A DNA stretch of 64,000 nucleotides from Macrostomum hystrix (GCA_950097015.1 CATNEN010000011.1:4154001-4218000), one strand, 5' to 3'. Numbered from the stretch's first letter, positions 50,391 through 63,796 are shown. Notes: generated from the sequence alone by a model not told the origin. Numbers and translations: made by a program.

Positions 50391-51292
50391 ACACCCACAC
50401 GGACAAAAATGTCGATCAGAGCTTCAGTGAATGCTGACGTTCTCATAGAATTTCACTGCCTGTTTGACTTTGTCGAATTTCGCGCACTCTCACCTGTCTA
50501 GTCTTCTTTTTGTGCCCACCAGTTTTTGCCAAATCTGGCCTTGCATTGACACAGAAACATCCGAGTCGGACAATTTCCTTGTTACGCTGAAAACTTTAAA
50601 GCGGGTAGTTTTCTTCTCAAAGGAATTACATTTTTTGTTAAAGTTGAGTGGCACTGATACACAAGATTTTGTTAATGTTTGTTACGCAACTTTTTCTTAA
50701 TTGACAATTCAATGATGTACATTTGAAGTTTCCGAATCTCACTTTATTTAACTCCCACTAAAATTTTTGTAGGTAACCCGTCGCAGATGCATAACAATGT
50801 GACTGAAGTTGTTTTACCAATTGAACATTGTAAATAAACAGAAGCGCTCATTTTGCTTCAATTAAACCACGAGCAGTTTCACAAGTCAACAGTGAAAGTC
50901 TTCTTTTGGCTAATAGCCAGAAAATTTTGCCAAATTTAGGGGATTTTTTCTAAGAAACAATCTACAGAAATGTGGATCTTCTTGAAATCGATTTTTTATT
51001 GTGGCCACGTGACCAATTGTTGTCAATATGAACAATTTGCCAGGTCATTAAAGAAATTTTTTCATGCCTCAGGTGTGTGAGCCTTTGTGTCACCGTAGTC
51101 AAGTGGGTTATTATAGGGCCATAGAGACTAAATTGCTAGGTGAGAGCATCAGTTCATTTGTATCATGACTATAAGAATGCATTCCTGCCACAAAAATCAT
51201 GTAGCTATTCTGTAAGAATGGTTTCACAATCTGTTAGACTATTAGTTGCTAGCTGTTAGACCAGTTGATTAAATGTTAGACTAGTTGATTAA

Positions 51293-51896
51293 CAGTAGGA
51301 CTACCAGGCCATTTTGCCGCCCGTTTTTATACCAAGGGGGGGAATTTCCTGAAAATGTTTTTGCCAGCGCCAGAATGCTTTGGGGGAGACTGATTGGTTG
51401 ACAGACTAGTCGAGGGTGTCCTGTGGTTGAGCAGCGCCTAATAGTTAGGCTTGAACAGTGAAATCGGAGAAATTCGCGTCAGGGTGTCCATAGTGGCCTA
51501 GTTCCTCCTGTTGTAGCTCTTGAAGGTCTAGATAGATAAGAGAGATAGATCTAGATAAAGGTCGGTGACCGCCGAAGTCGGAGATGATGCAGGCACATTC
51601 GGGTGACATGCTGATAAAGTTTGAAGGTCTGGAAAGGTCGCACTGAGGCGCAGTGCAAATTCGTGTTTAGGGGTGTATGAAATACACTAGCTCTTATGGG
51701 AAAAATCGGACCTTCGGCCAGAAACATTGAATGTCTCGACCGTCTGAAGAGCTGGCGACTTGTTTCTTGTTTCAGAAGATGCGCAACAAAAAGTTGGCCC
51801 GCGTTCTTGAGTTTCGTGTGCTTGCATTGTTCCGTTCGGGTGCAGCAAAAAAATTGTCACGGAGGGGGAAAAATCCCCCCCATGGTAGTTCTACTG
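51293..51896. mobile_element. Candidate non-autonomous DNA transposon (MITE), 604 bp, TTAA-flanked
   Basis: TTAA|CAGTAGGACTACCA ... TGGTAGTTCTACTG|TTAA (13/14 inverted match), plus subterminal inverted ACCA(A/T)GGGGGGGA..TTCC (51331-51349 vs 51867-51886). Confidence 0.6.
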
Positions 51897-53207
51897 TTAA
51901 CTGTTAGACTAGTTGTTTAACTGTTAACTAGTTGATTAACTGCTAGACAAATGAATAAGGTGTCAGACCTTCTCAAAATGTAAGACTACTTGAAAATGAG
52001 TAATCTGAGCTTCAGTAATATTTTGAGAACATGTATATTTGAGATATCTAATGTATATCTAATATAGCAGTATGAATGGCCATGCAGGGCGGTGGAGTGT
52101 TCCTTGTGGTTGCTCCGGTCATCACGGTTCGTTGCCTAAACGGCACACCCCGCTCAACACGACAGAGGAGGCTCCTTGGCTTCTGCAAGGATGTGAAAGA
52201 GAGGCTCTATACTGAGTTCACTATAAATGATCCCATTTCTCTTCTCCACCCAAAGCTCGTAACACAGGTGAGGGCGGAGCTTCAAGGTGCAGTAATTAGG
52301 CCTAGCTGACCAGCTCACATAGGTTGTAATAGCTTACTATGGGCTAGTCCAAGAGCAGACCCTTCCATTGCAGAAAGAGAAGGTCTGCAACTACTCTAGG
52401 CACGTTTGAGTCTAGTCCTCGTGAAAGTTTACCGTTAGCTGATAACTAGATACATGCGGCCCCCATAATGGGTTAGAGCAATGACAGACGCCGCAGCAAG
52501 TATACCTCGGGATAATATTAGTATCGCTTCAATCGGCGTGTTTAAATAGGCTACCTGAAAAGATTTTCAACTTAATTATCTGCATCGAAGCTGAGACATC
52601 AAATCGTCGTCATCGACATTTCAATCGAACTGTAGGACAGGAAAATTGACCACTTTTGATTAAAAAAAAGGTATAGTTTTTTAATTGCCTGCTGAGTCAC
52701 AGGAAAGACCAAATACCGAATAAGAAAGAATGGCTTGGGAAATAACTGTCTAGAAATTCAAGCAGACTCACATTTGATGGTCCCTAATCGGTTTATTAAA
52801 GAAACTGGCATTGTTGGCTTTTATCAAGCCCAGGTGAACAGACAGGCCAAATAATGATGTGACTTGCGTGTCTATGCTCTAATGACAAATGAACGGAAGA
52901 TTATAGCATTTAACCTGGCCATATTTTTTAATTCCTATCCGTGAGCAGAGGGCAGTGTCTGACAAGTCGCGTGGCGGTAATTTCTATTTGCTGAATTGGC
53001 GAGTGATCATTCTGCGATTTAGAAATTCTCGATTCGGCAAAAAAACTAGCTCAGACAGACAATTTTATCCACACCCTCTTGCACTGTGAATAAAAAGAAA
53101 CTAAAAATGCGCTCAAAATTCTTGCGGGAGGGGCTGTGTTCTATGATGCATTATTCGGCTTCGCAACAGTGCTTAACTGTTACTAGGGTGCTTAACATAA
53201 CACTACC

Positions 53208-53902
53208 CTCTCTTCTTACCCTCTAGTCCCTCTACCCTTTACTCTTACCCTCTCCGCTTACCCTAGCTCTATCCTCTACTCTTACCCTAGCTCTATCCTC
53301 TACTCTTACCCTCTACCCTCTCCTCTTACCCTCTACCCTCTCCTCTTACCCTCTACCCTCTCCTCTTACCCTCTACACTCTACTCTTACCCTCTACCCTC
53401 TCCTCTTACCCTCTACCCTCTACTCTTAACATCTACCCTCTCCTCTTACCCTCTACCCTCTACTCTTAACATCTACCCTCTCCTCTTACCCTCTACCCTC
53501 TACTCTTACCCTCTACACTCTACTCTTACCCTCTACCCTCTACTCTTAACATCTACCCTCTCCTCTTACCCTCTACCCTCTACTCTTACCCTCTACACTC
53601 TACTCTTACCCTCTACCCTCTCCTCTTACCCTCTACCCTCTACTCTTACCCTCTACCCTCTACTCTTACCCTCTACACTCTACTTTTAACATCTACCCTC
53701 TCCTCTTACCCTCTACCCTCTACTCTTACCCTCTACACTCGACTCTTACCCTCTACCCTCTCCTCTTAACCTCTACCCTCTACTCTTACCCTCTACCCTC
53801 TCCTCTTACCCTCTACACTCTACTCTTACCCTCTACCCTCTCCTCTTAACCTCTACCCTCTACTCTTAACCTCTACCCTCTACTCTTACCCTCTACCCTC
53901 TC
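53208..53902. repeat. 20-bp minisatellite (CCCTCTACTCTTACCCTCTA) x ~34
   Basis: Directly visible. Confidence 0.95.
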
Positions 53903-53949
53903 CGTGAGCAGGCTGTCGTCACAGAGTCAGCATGGGGGGCAATTCTGCT

Positions 53950-54070
53950 AATTTCACAGGTACATACGTACGCAGGTACACACTCGCACAGGTGTGAACA
54001 TCTGCCCTCAATACCCATCGTCAGGGAGTGCACACTCGCACCGTGCTTTGGGGTTTGGTTGTGATCGCAA
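53950..54070 (-). mobile_element. SINE family A internal fragment
   Basis: CACAGGTGTGAACATCTGCCCT...CGTCAGGGAGTGCACACTCGCAC is the reverse complement of the family A body. Confidence 0.65.
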
Positions 54071-54544
54071 TTTCTGATGAACGTCTCAGTTCAAATAAAC
54101 TAGTTTAGAAACATTTAGACACAAGTGCTGACTACACTACTTACAAAAATCGCATCAGTAGCTTCTTCGAGATTTTTGCTCGACAAAAGTACGCTACAAA
54201 ATTTCATTTTTATAAGCGATTATATGCTGATTCGTGACACTGAGACAGAAAATGGGAAGGCAAAAGCTGAATCTATTTTTAAGCATTCCAGAAACTCGCA
54301 ATTCGATCCGATTGCCTTTGTGCTCAATTGACTGAGGTGTAAGTCATGCTGCTCAGAAAGTGTAACTGCTACAGGTGCTGAAGCAAAAATAGTCCTTTCA
54401 TTCAAAATATGAGAAAGCTAAAAATATCAAATAATCGAGTGGAGTGGGAAGGGAACCAACCCCACCTTTGCCAGTAAATTAGAGGGATTTTATTTATTCA
54501 CGTGAAGCTTTTCGACCCTGTAAGTTTACGAGCATCAATTTCAG

Positions 54545-54640
54545 TAGCCTTCTCTCCGTGGCTGCGCTCCAAATGAAAACGCCGGGGAATCGAGCTTAGG
54601 GACCTTGGTGCGAGAGTTAGCTGCTCAGCCAAAACCCCTG
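54545..54640 (-). mobile_element. SINE family A 5' fragment
   Basis: GAATCGAGCTTAGGGACCTTGGTGCGAGAG is the reverse complement of the family A head. Confidence 0.75.
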
Positions 54641-55514
54641 CTAGAGCGGAAAAAGTTAAACTTTATTCCGCAAGAACACATACGACAAGCGTCAATTGGG
54701 TAAAGCTCCTCCAAGCAGCCCGCAGTTGGCCGGCCCCCAAAACTCAGCAGACAATGGGGTACACGTTTCAAGGGCACTCAAGGTATTTTTGCGAATAATC
54801 AATACGTTTCCGCTTGCTGCTGCTGCTGCTGCTTATCGTTGCTGCTCCTGCTACCCATGCAGATGGGGCAATGGATGCGCGGCTCAGCGGGGAATGCTTC
54901 CCATTCCCAGCTTCCCCTCCTCCCAGCCAGCATTTTTCCCATCGACCTACCCTAGGCGGGGAAGGGAGCCGATTTCAGGGAAAAAATGGTACCGGAGATG
55001 GAGAGAAAGACATTCAGGCCAGTACTGAAATACTTTTAGCCCATGCCAGTCCCGTGCTCCCGCATAAACCTGTCTATTTACCTGCGTTGCCTAGCAGCTA
55101 GCTGCTGCAAATTTTCGCATCTCCCACCCTCGCATTCTCTTTCCTGCTAGTCCACTCGGATAGTCGACAACCGCCGCGGCACCTGCTGCTCTCACCGTAC
55201 AGGCTCAGAGCCACTCAAAAGAGGCGCGCGCTCTAAAACTCCGCCTGGGAGGGAGGCATTGGGATGAAGCCAGATGGAGGGATGATTGCCCAGATAAAGA
55301 TGGAGCCTCTTGTTGGATGCGGATGGCTAAAGAGCTGAATTTTTTCGGCTGTCGCGGGTTTCACTTGCTATAAAATCAGCCAGTCTCGAAGTATTTAGCA
55401 TTGGGCGCAGACACCTGCTGACTGTTGATAGCGCTCTGACGCATTCATTTTGCGACATCGCGTTTTGTTTCGGCTTATCTACAGGCCAAGAGCTCTCGGG
55501 TCGTGAGTGATGCA

Positions 55515-58500
55515 ATGGGCTGTTTCCGGCAGTTCCTCGTGTTCCTGGGCCTGCGGCCCCCGATCTACCCGGAACTGCGCACCATCAGCGTCAACCACCT
55601 GCCGATGAAGAAAGGCGAGCAGTTGGTCGAGGAAAAATATCCCAACAACCTAGTGGTGACTTCGCGCTACACAATATTCAACTTTCTGTTCAAGAACCTG
55701 TTCGAACAGTTTTGCCGAGCCGCGAATTTCTACTTTTTGGTCGTGGCCATTGTGCAGCTCGTGATTGACACGCCTGTTAGTCCGGTCACTTCCATCTTTC
55801 CACTGGTAATTGTGCTGTCAACGACTGGAATAAAGCAGGCCTATGAGGACTTCCTTAGACACAAGGCTGACAATATAGTTAACAACACGCCTGTTCGAGT
55901 GGTTCGCGGTGGGAGTCTGCGTACCATCAAGTCATGCGAGATCTGCGTTGGCGACATTTTGCGAGTCGATCGCAACGAGAGCTTCCCGTGTGACCTTCTC
56001 CTGCTCTCATCCTCAGAGCACAGCGGTGAATGCAGCATCACAACGGCCAATCTAGACGGCGAAACCAATCTGAAGAGTCTATTGGCGGTGGAGGCGACTC
56101 GCAACTTCCAGTCGGTGAGCGCGATGCAGAAGCGCTTCCGGTCTCGAATCACCTGCGAACAGCCGTCCTCTGATCTGCACAAGTTCAAAGGAACTATGGT
56201 CCTACGCTTGGACACTCGCGACGAGTTGAAAGTGCCGCTCTCGGCGAAGAACTTGCTCCTGCGTGGCGCAGTGCTGCGCAATACCGACTTTGTCTTCGGA
56301 GTGGCTATTTACACCGGATTGGAAACTAAGATGCAGTTGAACTCGCAGCGAGGAAAGACCAAAAAGTCGGTGGTGGAGAGGCGGCTAGACAGATTCCTGC
56401 TGTGTTTCATGGCCATTCTGTTTTTCCTGTCTGTCTTCTGCGCCTCAATGAAGTGGATCTACTTTTCCCTTGATGCCAGCATCCGCAATGCGTGGTACCT
56501 CCCTCCCGAGGAAACGACAGCTTGGAGAGTGATTCAAGACCTTCTCGGCTATATGGTCCTGTTTAACTATCTCATTCCTATCTCTCTTTACGTGACAATT
56601 GAATTGCAAAAGTTCATAGGGTCAATGTTTTACGAGTGCGACCTCGACATGTACTACGAGGATCCAGAGACTGGAGAGAAGTTCAGGGCCAGGGCCAATA
56701 CATCCGATCTAAATGAAGAGCTCGGCCAGGTAGAGTACCTGTTCTCTGATAAAACCGGCACACTGACGGAGAACAAGATGACATTTAGAAACTGCTCCAT
56801 CGGCTCAAAAACCTACTGCGACATGGGTGGCCAGCTGTGGCTGATGGACAATGGCCGGCCAACTAAGAAGCGGGTTAGATTCGAGCCTGACGAAGAACTT
56901 TTCTTCACAGTGTTGGCACTGTGTCACACCATTCGTGTAGAGCTGCCCAAGAAGTTTGGGAGAGGCGGTCGAGAGGTCAACGAACGAATGTACTCGGCAG
57001 ACGAGGCCAGAGCTTACAATTATCAGGCTAGTTCTCCTGATGAGAAGGCCTTTGTGGAAGCCTGTCGAAACTACGGCATCATTTTTCATGGCACTGAAGA
57101 TGGCTTGAGTATTATCTCTTATAAGAATGTGCTCCACAAGTTTCGAGTAATGGAAGTGCTCGAGTTTGACTCAGACCGGAAGTGCATGTCCATCATACTT
57201 CGTCGAGAGAACGGAAGCTATTGGCTTCTGACCAAAGGAGCAGAAAGTTCCATGCTTGATAAGTGCTCGACGGGTGACAAGGATGCAATAATTGAGCGAT
57301 CGGCCGAGTTTGCATTGCTCGGTCTACGCGTCCTAGTGATAGCGCATCGTCAGCTGACCGACAACGAGTTTAAGGCTATGGAGGATGCTCTTTTCGAAGC
57401 CAATCAAGATGTTGTGAATCGAGAGGCTCGAACTGTAGAGGCCTACAAAAGCATCGAGCAAAACCTGAGCGCACTAGGATGCACCGCTATCGAGGACGAA
57501 CTTCAGACTGGCGTCAAGGAGACCATCACAGATCTAAGATCAGCCGGCATCCAAGTCTGGATTCTGACAGGCGACAAGCGCGAGACAGCCGAGAATATTA
57601 GCCTGTCTGCTGGTCACTTCACGGACGTCATGACTAGGATTCGCATCGTTGAGCAGACCGGAGTCGAATCTTGCATGATCGAGGTGATGCGCGGACTCGA
57701 GGAAATATCGGTAGCATCTTTCCCTAGCCAGTACTGCGTGATTGTTGACGGTCAGTCTCTGCAGTACTTAGTCTCGGAGGATGGCGATGCTCAGGCACTG
57801 AAGTGGCGCTTTCTGGAGCTCTGTCGCAAAACGTCTGCAGTGCTGTGCTGTCGCTGCACTCCACTGCAGAAGGCTCGGGTCGTCGCAATGGTAAAGGACG
57901 GAGTCAAGCCGCGTCCAATCACCTGCGCAGTCGGAGACGGCGCGAATGACGTGTCGATGATTCGCGAGGCGCACGTCGGCGTCGGCCTATACGGCAAGGA
58001 GGGCAGAGCCGCCGCTCTCAACTCAGACTTTGCGCTGGCACGTTTCCAATTCCTCCGCAAGACGATTCTGTTCCATGGCCACTTGTACTACCTTCGCCTG
58101 TCCGTCATGCTGCAGTACTTCTTCTACAAGAACGTGGCGTTCGTGGCAGCGCAGCTATTCTATTCGTTCTTCTCTGGCTTCAGTGCCCAGTCGGTGTACG
58201 ATTCATTGTTTCTGACCATCTACAATCTGACCATGACCTCGCTGCCTATATTGTTCTTTGGCCTGTTTGAGCAGCATGTGAGTCGCTCCAGGCTAAACGA
58301 GGAGCCCGAGCTGTACCGCAGGATTTCCCACAACCGTCAACTGCTATGGTCCAAGCTGCTGATCTGGTCGAGCCTGGGATTTTGGCACTCAGTCTGCTGC
58401 TTTTTCCCCATTGCCGGGATTATGCTGTATAGTGCCTCCTTTGGTTCGTTCTCTTACGACATTTATAGCTTCGGAACGGCAGTTATCGAGTGCGTTTTGA

Positions 58501-59078
58501 TCTGCGTCACATTGAAACTTGCATTGTTGACCCACAGCTTTCAGGTGAGTTTTATAAGATTGTGAATTGTGATACAAATTAAATTTGTTAAAGTTTAAAA
58601 TCCAGCAGGATGTTTATTGGTGTGACTTATATATTCACTAAATGCAGGTTCCCTAGTTCGAATCTTGGATAGGAATCTTTATTTGATTGTATTTAAACTA
58701 AAGCAGCAGATTTTTATTGTGTCAAACCCTGTCCATCCAACGCAGGCTCCGCTCGTGCTCGGCATTGTCATTACATCTCTCGGCTTCGCTGGCCTGCTGT
58801 CCCTTTACAACTTCTTGAAGATTCCAATTTTCAGCAGCAATCTGTACTTCTTGTGGGTCTACTTTGACATCTGCAAGCAGCCGTTGATTTGGGCTCTGCT
58901 ACCGCTAGTGGCCGCGATGGCGCTGTTTCCGGACATCCTCATCCGCGTAATGGAAGACACGCGAGAGATGCGCACTATCCGACAGAGGCGAATGGCTAAG
59001 GCTCGATTTGATGTGAGACACTGCCGGGAGCCGGGGTTGCTGGAATTGTCGGCCTGTGGTAGAACTGACAACAAATAG
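55515..59078 (+). CDS. ATP11: P4-ATPase phospholipid flippase, ATP11 (class VI)-like
   Basis: Exons 55515-58544 and 58746-59078 (phase 0). Motifs NFLFKNLFEQF, DTPVSPVTS, LDGETNLK, IPISLYVTIE, DKTGT, ASSPDE, KGAE, WILTGDK, GDGANDVSMI, FFYKN. The N-terminal TM region closely follows ATP11A/B/C. Confidence 0.93.
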
Positions 59079-60152
59079 TTTGAATAGAATAAGATCTGAC
59101 TAGAGTAGGCCAAACTATAATGAAGCTGAGTTCAATAGTAATTGAGTACTTGAGAGTTTGACTGCTTAAAGTACTTGCGAACTTTAACATTTTTAAGGGA
59201 ACTTTAGAATGTCAAATAATGTCAAGTAAATCGCAGATAGCTTCATAAGAGAATTCAAATTCCTTTGTTTCCATTTGCCAGAATACGAACTTTAAACTTC
59301 TATAAATAGCAGTACAATTAAGTTCACTTTCGTCAATAACAATCCAAACAGCAGTTATTACTATCACCTTTAGAGGAGCCGGGACACCTTACCCTCCTAC
59401 CCATCTTCTTTCACTCTGTCTCTCCTGTCTCATTGCCTCGTCAGGAGGTGGGATGGGTGGGAAAGGAACCTACCAAACCAGCTCTCGCTGCACTTCAAAG
59501 CATTGGCTTCCGCTTTCTAGCCAGAAAGTCGCGAGAAGGCAGTACAAGGCCCGCACGTCTGCCTCAGCTGATGCCCGCTCTCCTCCTCTGTAGACTCAGT
59601 TTAATGCATTGACAACTAGACGCAGACAATATGAGCATGTTGGAGCCAGCTCACTTACCACCTGGCATATTTGCCCCGCATTTTTCACCTCTCCCGTCTC
59701 CTCCTGATAAAACCGGGCTAAAATGCTGGAATGAGCTGCCTACATCCCCCTGAGTCACTCGACAAAGCGTGGCATCTATTTACGGGGCAAATTTTCACTC
59801 CGCCTAGGCGACAGGGGGCAGAACAAACTTTGCTCAACTCTTTCTCTCCTTGCTTGGAGACCTGTAAAGCACACTGAGAGTGAGCAGTGTTTGCAGACGT
59901 TGAGCTGCAGGCTAAAGCACAGCTAGATAGACGGCATTTTCGCTCCAGAACGGTTTTTGCCTTAAAGTACGTAAAGGAAAGATTATATTATAATAAGATA
60001 CTTCCTTGAAACAAACCTTCAAAAACCTCTCATAAACATTCTACATACAATCAAGGTATAAAAAAGCGACAAACTGGGCTAGCTAACAAAGCGATCGAGG
60101 CTTGTTTCCGTCATTCGGACTTATTTCCGACCCGAGGTTGAGTTCAGGCGCA

Positions 60153-60398
60153 GGGGGTGAGTGGCAGCGCGGTCTAACGCGTTTGACTCTCGCACCAAGG
60201 TCCCTGAGCTCGATTCTGCGGCGAGGCCACATTCATTTGGGGCGCAGCGGCGGAGAGAAGACTTGTCGTTCAATTTACGCCCTTGAAGGCAAACCTCCAA
60301 GGCACAGTGAAAATGTACATTGCCTGACAATTGAAAAAGTCGGGGCATATGTACACTCGTGTGTGTGCCCGTTCTTACTGTTAGTTCTCTTACTGTCC
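60153..60398 (+). mobile_element. SINE family A copy (3'-truncated)
   Basis: Head and body match family A; flanked by AGTTCAGG(C/G)GCA at 60141-60152 and 60399-60410 (11/12, possible TSD). Confidence 0.8.
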
Positions 60399-60469
60399 AG
60401 TTCAGGGGCATAGCCAGGTAGGGTCGCAAGGGAAGCAGCGGCCCCACCCTAATCGGCTGACGATGCAAA

Positions 60470-60580
60470 CCTATGTGGCGCCACCCCCCTGGTGGCGGCG
60501 CACCCCCTGGTGGCGGCGCACCCCCTGGTGGCGGCGCTCCATTTGTTGGTGGCGCTCCACCTGGTGGCGGCGCTTCACCT
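60470..60580. repeat. 18-bp GC-rich repeat (GGTGGCGGCGCACCCCCT), reading GGGAPP on the + strand
   Basis: 3 near-perfect and 2-3 degenerate units. Confidence 0.8.
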
Positions 60581-60749
60581 TGATGGCGGATCTCCCCCCT
60601 AGAAAGAATTTTGGCTACGCTACTGGTCAAGTTACTGGTTGAAGTATCGATCTAAAATTTCCTGCAAGAAAAAGTTGAGACAAAATTAGCCACATATTTC
60701 TTGCCAATCATTCTCCCAAACGGTACGCAGGACGCAAAGTTGTTCACAG

Positions 60750-61006
60750 CCAGAGATCAGCCGGAAGAAAAAAATCACCAGAATTATCAGCAGCAGCAGC
60801 CGCAGCAGCAGCAGCAGCAGCCACAGCAGATGGAAGCGACGAGCAAGGTCGTCAACTCGACAACAGACAACCAGCCGCAGATTGTGCTGAAGTTCCGAGT
60901 GAACCAGAAGACCAACACTGCCTATGGGAATGACGCCTTTGAATTACACGAGGAGCCACCGGCTGCAGAAGATGGCATTCCAATCACTGCAGCAGAGAAC
61001 AGCTGA
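60750..61006 (+). CDS. Candidate alternative terminal exon of the ATP11-like gene (poly-Q tail)
   Basis: Acceptor TTCACAG|CC (phase 1) matches the phase-1 donor TGTG|GTAGAA at 59058; encodes ARDQPEEK..Q-rich..AYGNDAFELHEE..*. Confidence 0.5.
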
Positions 61007-62860
61007 CTTTGAATCCTTAAATCCCTGACGTTGACGAATTTCCCCCATTTTTCTTTCTCATTCTCAGCTGCAGCAATAATTCGGACAGCAAATGTGTCTC
61101 CTTTCAACCGAGACCAGTAAGTCTCGTGTTAGATTTTTATTTGGCCTTGAAAGTCAACGCGAAGCGGGATAATATTCCACAATTTTTCGAGGGGCAAACA
61201 AAGCATGTTAAAAGTAAATTAGCTGCAAGCTGACGGGCTGCACGCCCCACTCCATTTAGGAAAGCCGGGTGCGCCAGCAATTTTCAACAGCAGGCAAAAT
61301 TTGCATAATTCTCATAAAAAATGAATGGTTCCTTTCATAGCGTCCCTCTCGTCCATTCTCCCCGCTAGCCCCATCGTCCAAGAATGGATTATATGCTAAT
61401 GAAAACAGACTGCACGCCGTACATATCGGGTCGTTCTGACAACCGAATCAACAATCAGGCTCGCTGTACAGCTGGACGCAAACACTTTGGCGAACAAAAT
61501 TCTAAGTCCGACCGCATCCTTTGGAGTGTCAAACTAACACAGCTTTGAGGCCAACCTGTGACTTGAGAAATTTAGAACAATTACTCTCAAGAATACACTT
61601 ATTTTATTCCATGAAACCCGAAGTAGTTTCGCTTTAATTACTATGTATATTTTCCTCCAGCCCAGTGAAATTTCAAGCATAGAAACTACTGCAGATTTCA
61701 TTTTTTGCAAAGAGAAGTTAAATCGGACGAAATATTTTTCGAATTTATTGCTTTTTTCAACACAAAGCCTGTAAATTGCGTCTATTATAGATTTTCTTTA
61801 TCTTGAAAGTAGAAAATGTATTTCTAACTATTTTTCTTAGCAGATTACTTATAAAAGCCTCTTTTAACGCCGCTAGACTTTTTTAGATCCAAGTTCAACA
61901 AAATGTGCCACACTAGCTACTTTCAGCTATCCGCAAAGCAAATTTATTTTATTTTTAGATTTACCACTAGAATAAAAGTCTCAGCAGTGGAACGAGGCAA
62001 AAAAGATTTCTAAAATAGAAAAAATGAAAAAAAAACGGTAATTTCATTTTAACTTTAGATTTGCTGAATAAACAAAAAGTTTTGTATATTTGTACTGTTA
62101 TAGCTAACGTCCTGCTCGCGTAGATCTAATTAAATGATTGGCCACACCAGGTACAGTTCTGTGACGTTTTTACTTTTTACTTTTGTTAACCAGAGCTATA
62201 AAAGAAAGTGCTGCGTAACTGACAGGAATAAAACAATATCAGATCGAGAATCCATAAAAAACCATAAATCAAAAAGCACAATTTCCTTATTACATTTGCT
62301 TGCGAATTTAAAGTTCTGATAGGCAGTACATATAATAAGATTGCTCTTGAGAGACAAACACAGGTAGCATATATTAATCAGCTGCTAACGCTGTTAAAAA
62401 AGCAGTCGCACTGTTGCCTTGACGCTAGCGTGCTTGACCAAAGCGAGGTAGGAGGTCTCTAGGGGGTGGGGTCAGAGAATAATAGGAAGTAGTGGATAGG
62501 GTAGGTCCAGTGTGTTGGCCCGTACTAATGCACGCCCACTTCAGGCAAAGGCAGAGGGTGCAGCCATGAAGCTCATAGAGACACCTTTTGTCGCCATATA
62601 TCTATTATATTTCTATCAATATGCTTTAATGCGAAGGTTTGCAAGCAGCCTCTTATTTTCAAATTGAGACGGGCTAGGCTAGTGGAAGAAGACACAAAAC
62701 CATCTTAGAGAGGCAGACAGAAAAGATTCTTAGATAGAGAGGGCGACGCGCACAAATTTATTCACTGACACTAAAAGAGCAAGCAAGCTGAACACGCTGT
62801 TTTGCGTATTTTTTGGCCTTAAACTGCTCCTGGTCTAGTCACTCGATTTGAGACCGCGAC

Positions 62861-63796
62861 ATGTCGGTAAGATTTGCTGAGTAGCTTATTAATCGACACT
62901 ATTGCCCCAGTCGGTATAGATGCAGTTACTCCTTTAAAATCTGCAATCTGCGAAATTTTCTGACCCTCACAAAAACAGGATGCCGGGGAAGGCAATGCCG
63001 AGGTGCTCGAACTAACACCGGAAGAGGAGAAAGGTAAGTAGCTGTATCAGCCGACCAAGCTTCCATCGACAAGAGCAGATCGAAAGTCTGATGCTTTGGT
63101 CACAGTTGATGGTATTTTAATTAGAGATTAAATTAGATTGTGCTTTGAAATAAAATTATAGGAAATAGAGATTTTCAATTTCACCTTTTCAGTGTTTCGC
63201 GAGACATACAACGCGTTGAACAAGGGCCGTGGCGACCTCCCAGTGAATCTCATTGGTCAGGCCCTGCGCATGAACAACCAGTGCCCAACGGAGGCAGAGC
63301 TGCAGAAGATCATCGAGGATCATCGCGATGAGGAAGCCATCGATCCAGGTGAGAATTTGGGGACAATGGTCCCTGACTCGCTCAGAAATTTACATGCGCT
63401 CTGACTCGCTTATCATCAGGCATGCACGACTTACTCGACAAACTGTTTTCATTCTTATTCTTAATTGCCATTCAATACTAGTCTAGAAGTCCGTGGCTCA
63501 ACTATTTTGCTGACATTCTTTACGCGAATAAATACTATTTACATCTTCAGACGAGATGCCCAAGATTGACTTTGAAGAGTTCTGTGCCATCATGAAGGAG
63601 AATTGGAAGACACGCGACCAGCTCGAGGACCAACTCAAGGCAGCATTCGCAACCTTCGACAAGGCGGAAAGTGGAATCATCGAGGCCGAGGACCTGAAGA
63701 ACTGGATGATGACCCTTGGCGAGGCGTTGGAGGAGAACGAAGTGAACGAACTGCTGAAGGACGCTGGCACACTGGATGGCAAGGTGCCATATGACC
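62861..63796 (+). CDS. Calmodulin/myosin-light-chain-like EF-hand protein; last exon beyond the window
   Basis: Exons 62861-62866, 62979-63033, 63193-63348, 63551-63796 are phase-consistent: MSDAGEG...VFRETYNALNK...GQALRMNNQCPTEAEL...IDFEEFCAIM...AAFATFDKAESGIIEAEDL...LGEALEENEVNELL. Confidence 0.85.

Noticed and set aside
60475-60575. Tandem CTCF-like motifs (CCACCAGGGGGTGC on the minus strand)
   Set aside because: Mismatch at a highly conserved C, CTCF is reported absent from several flatworms, and Gly/Pro codons explain the repeat more simply.
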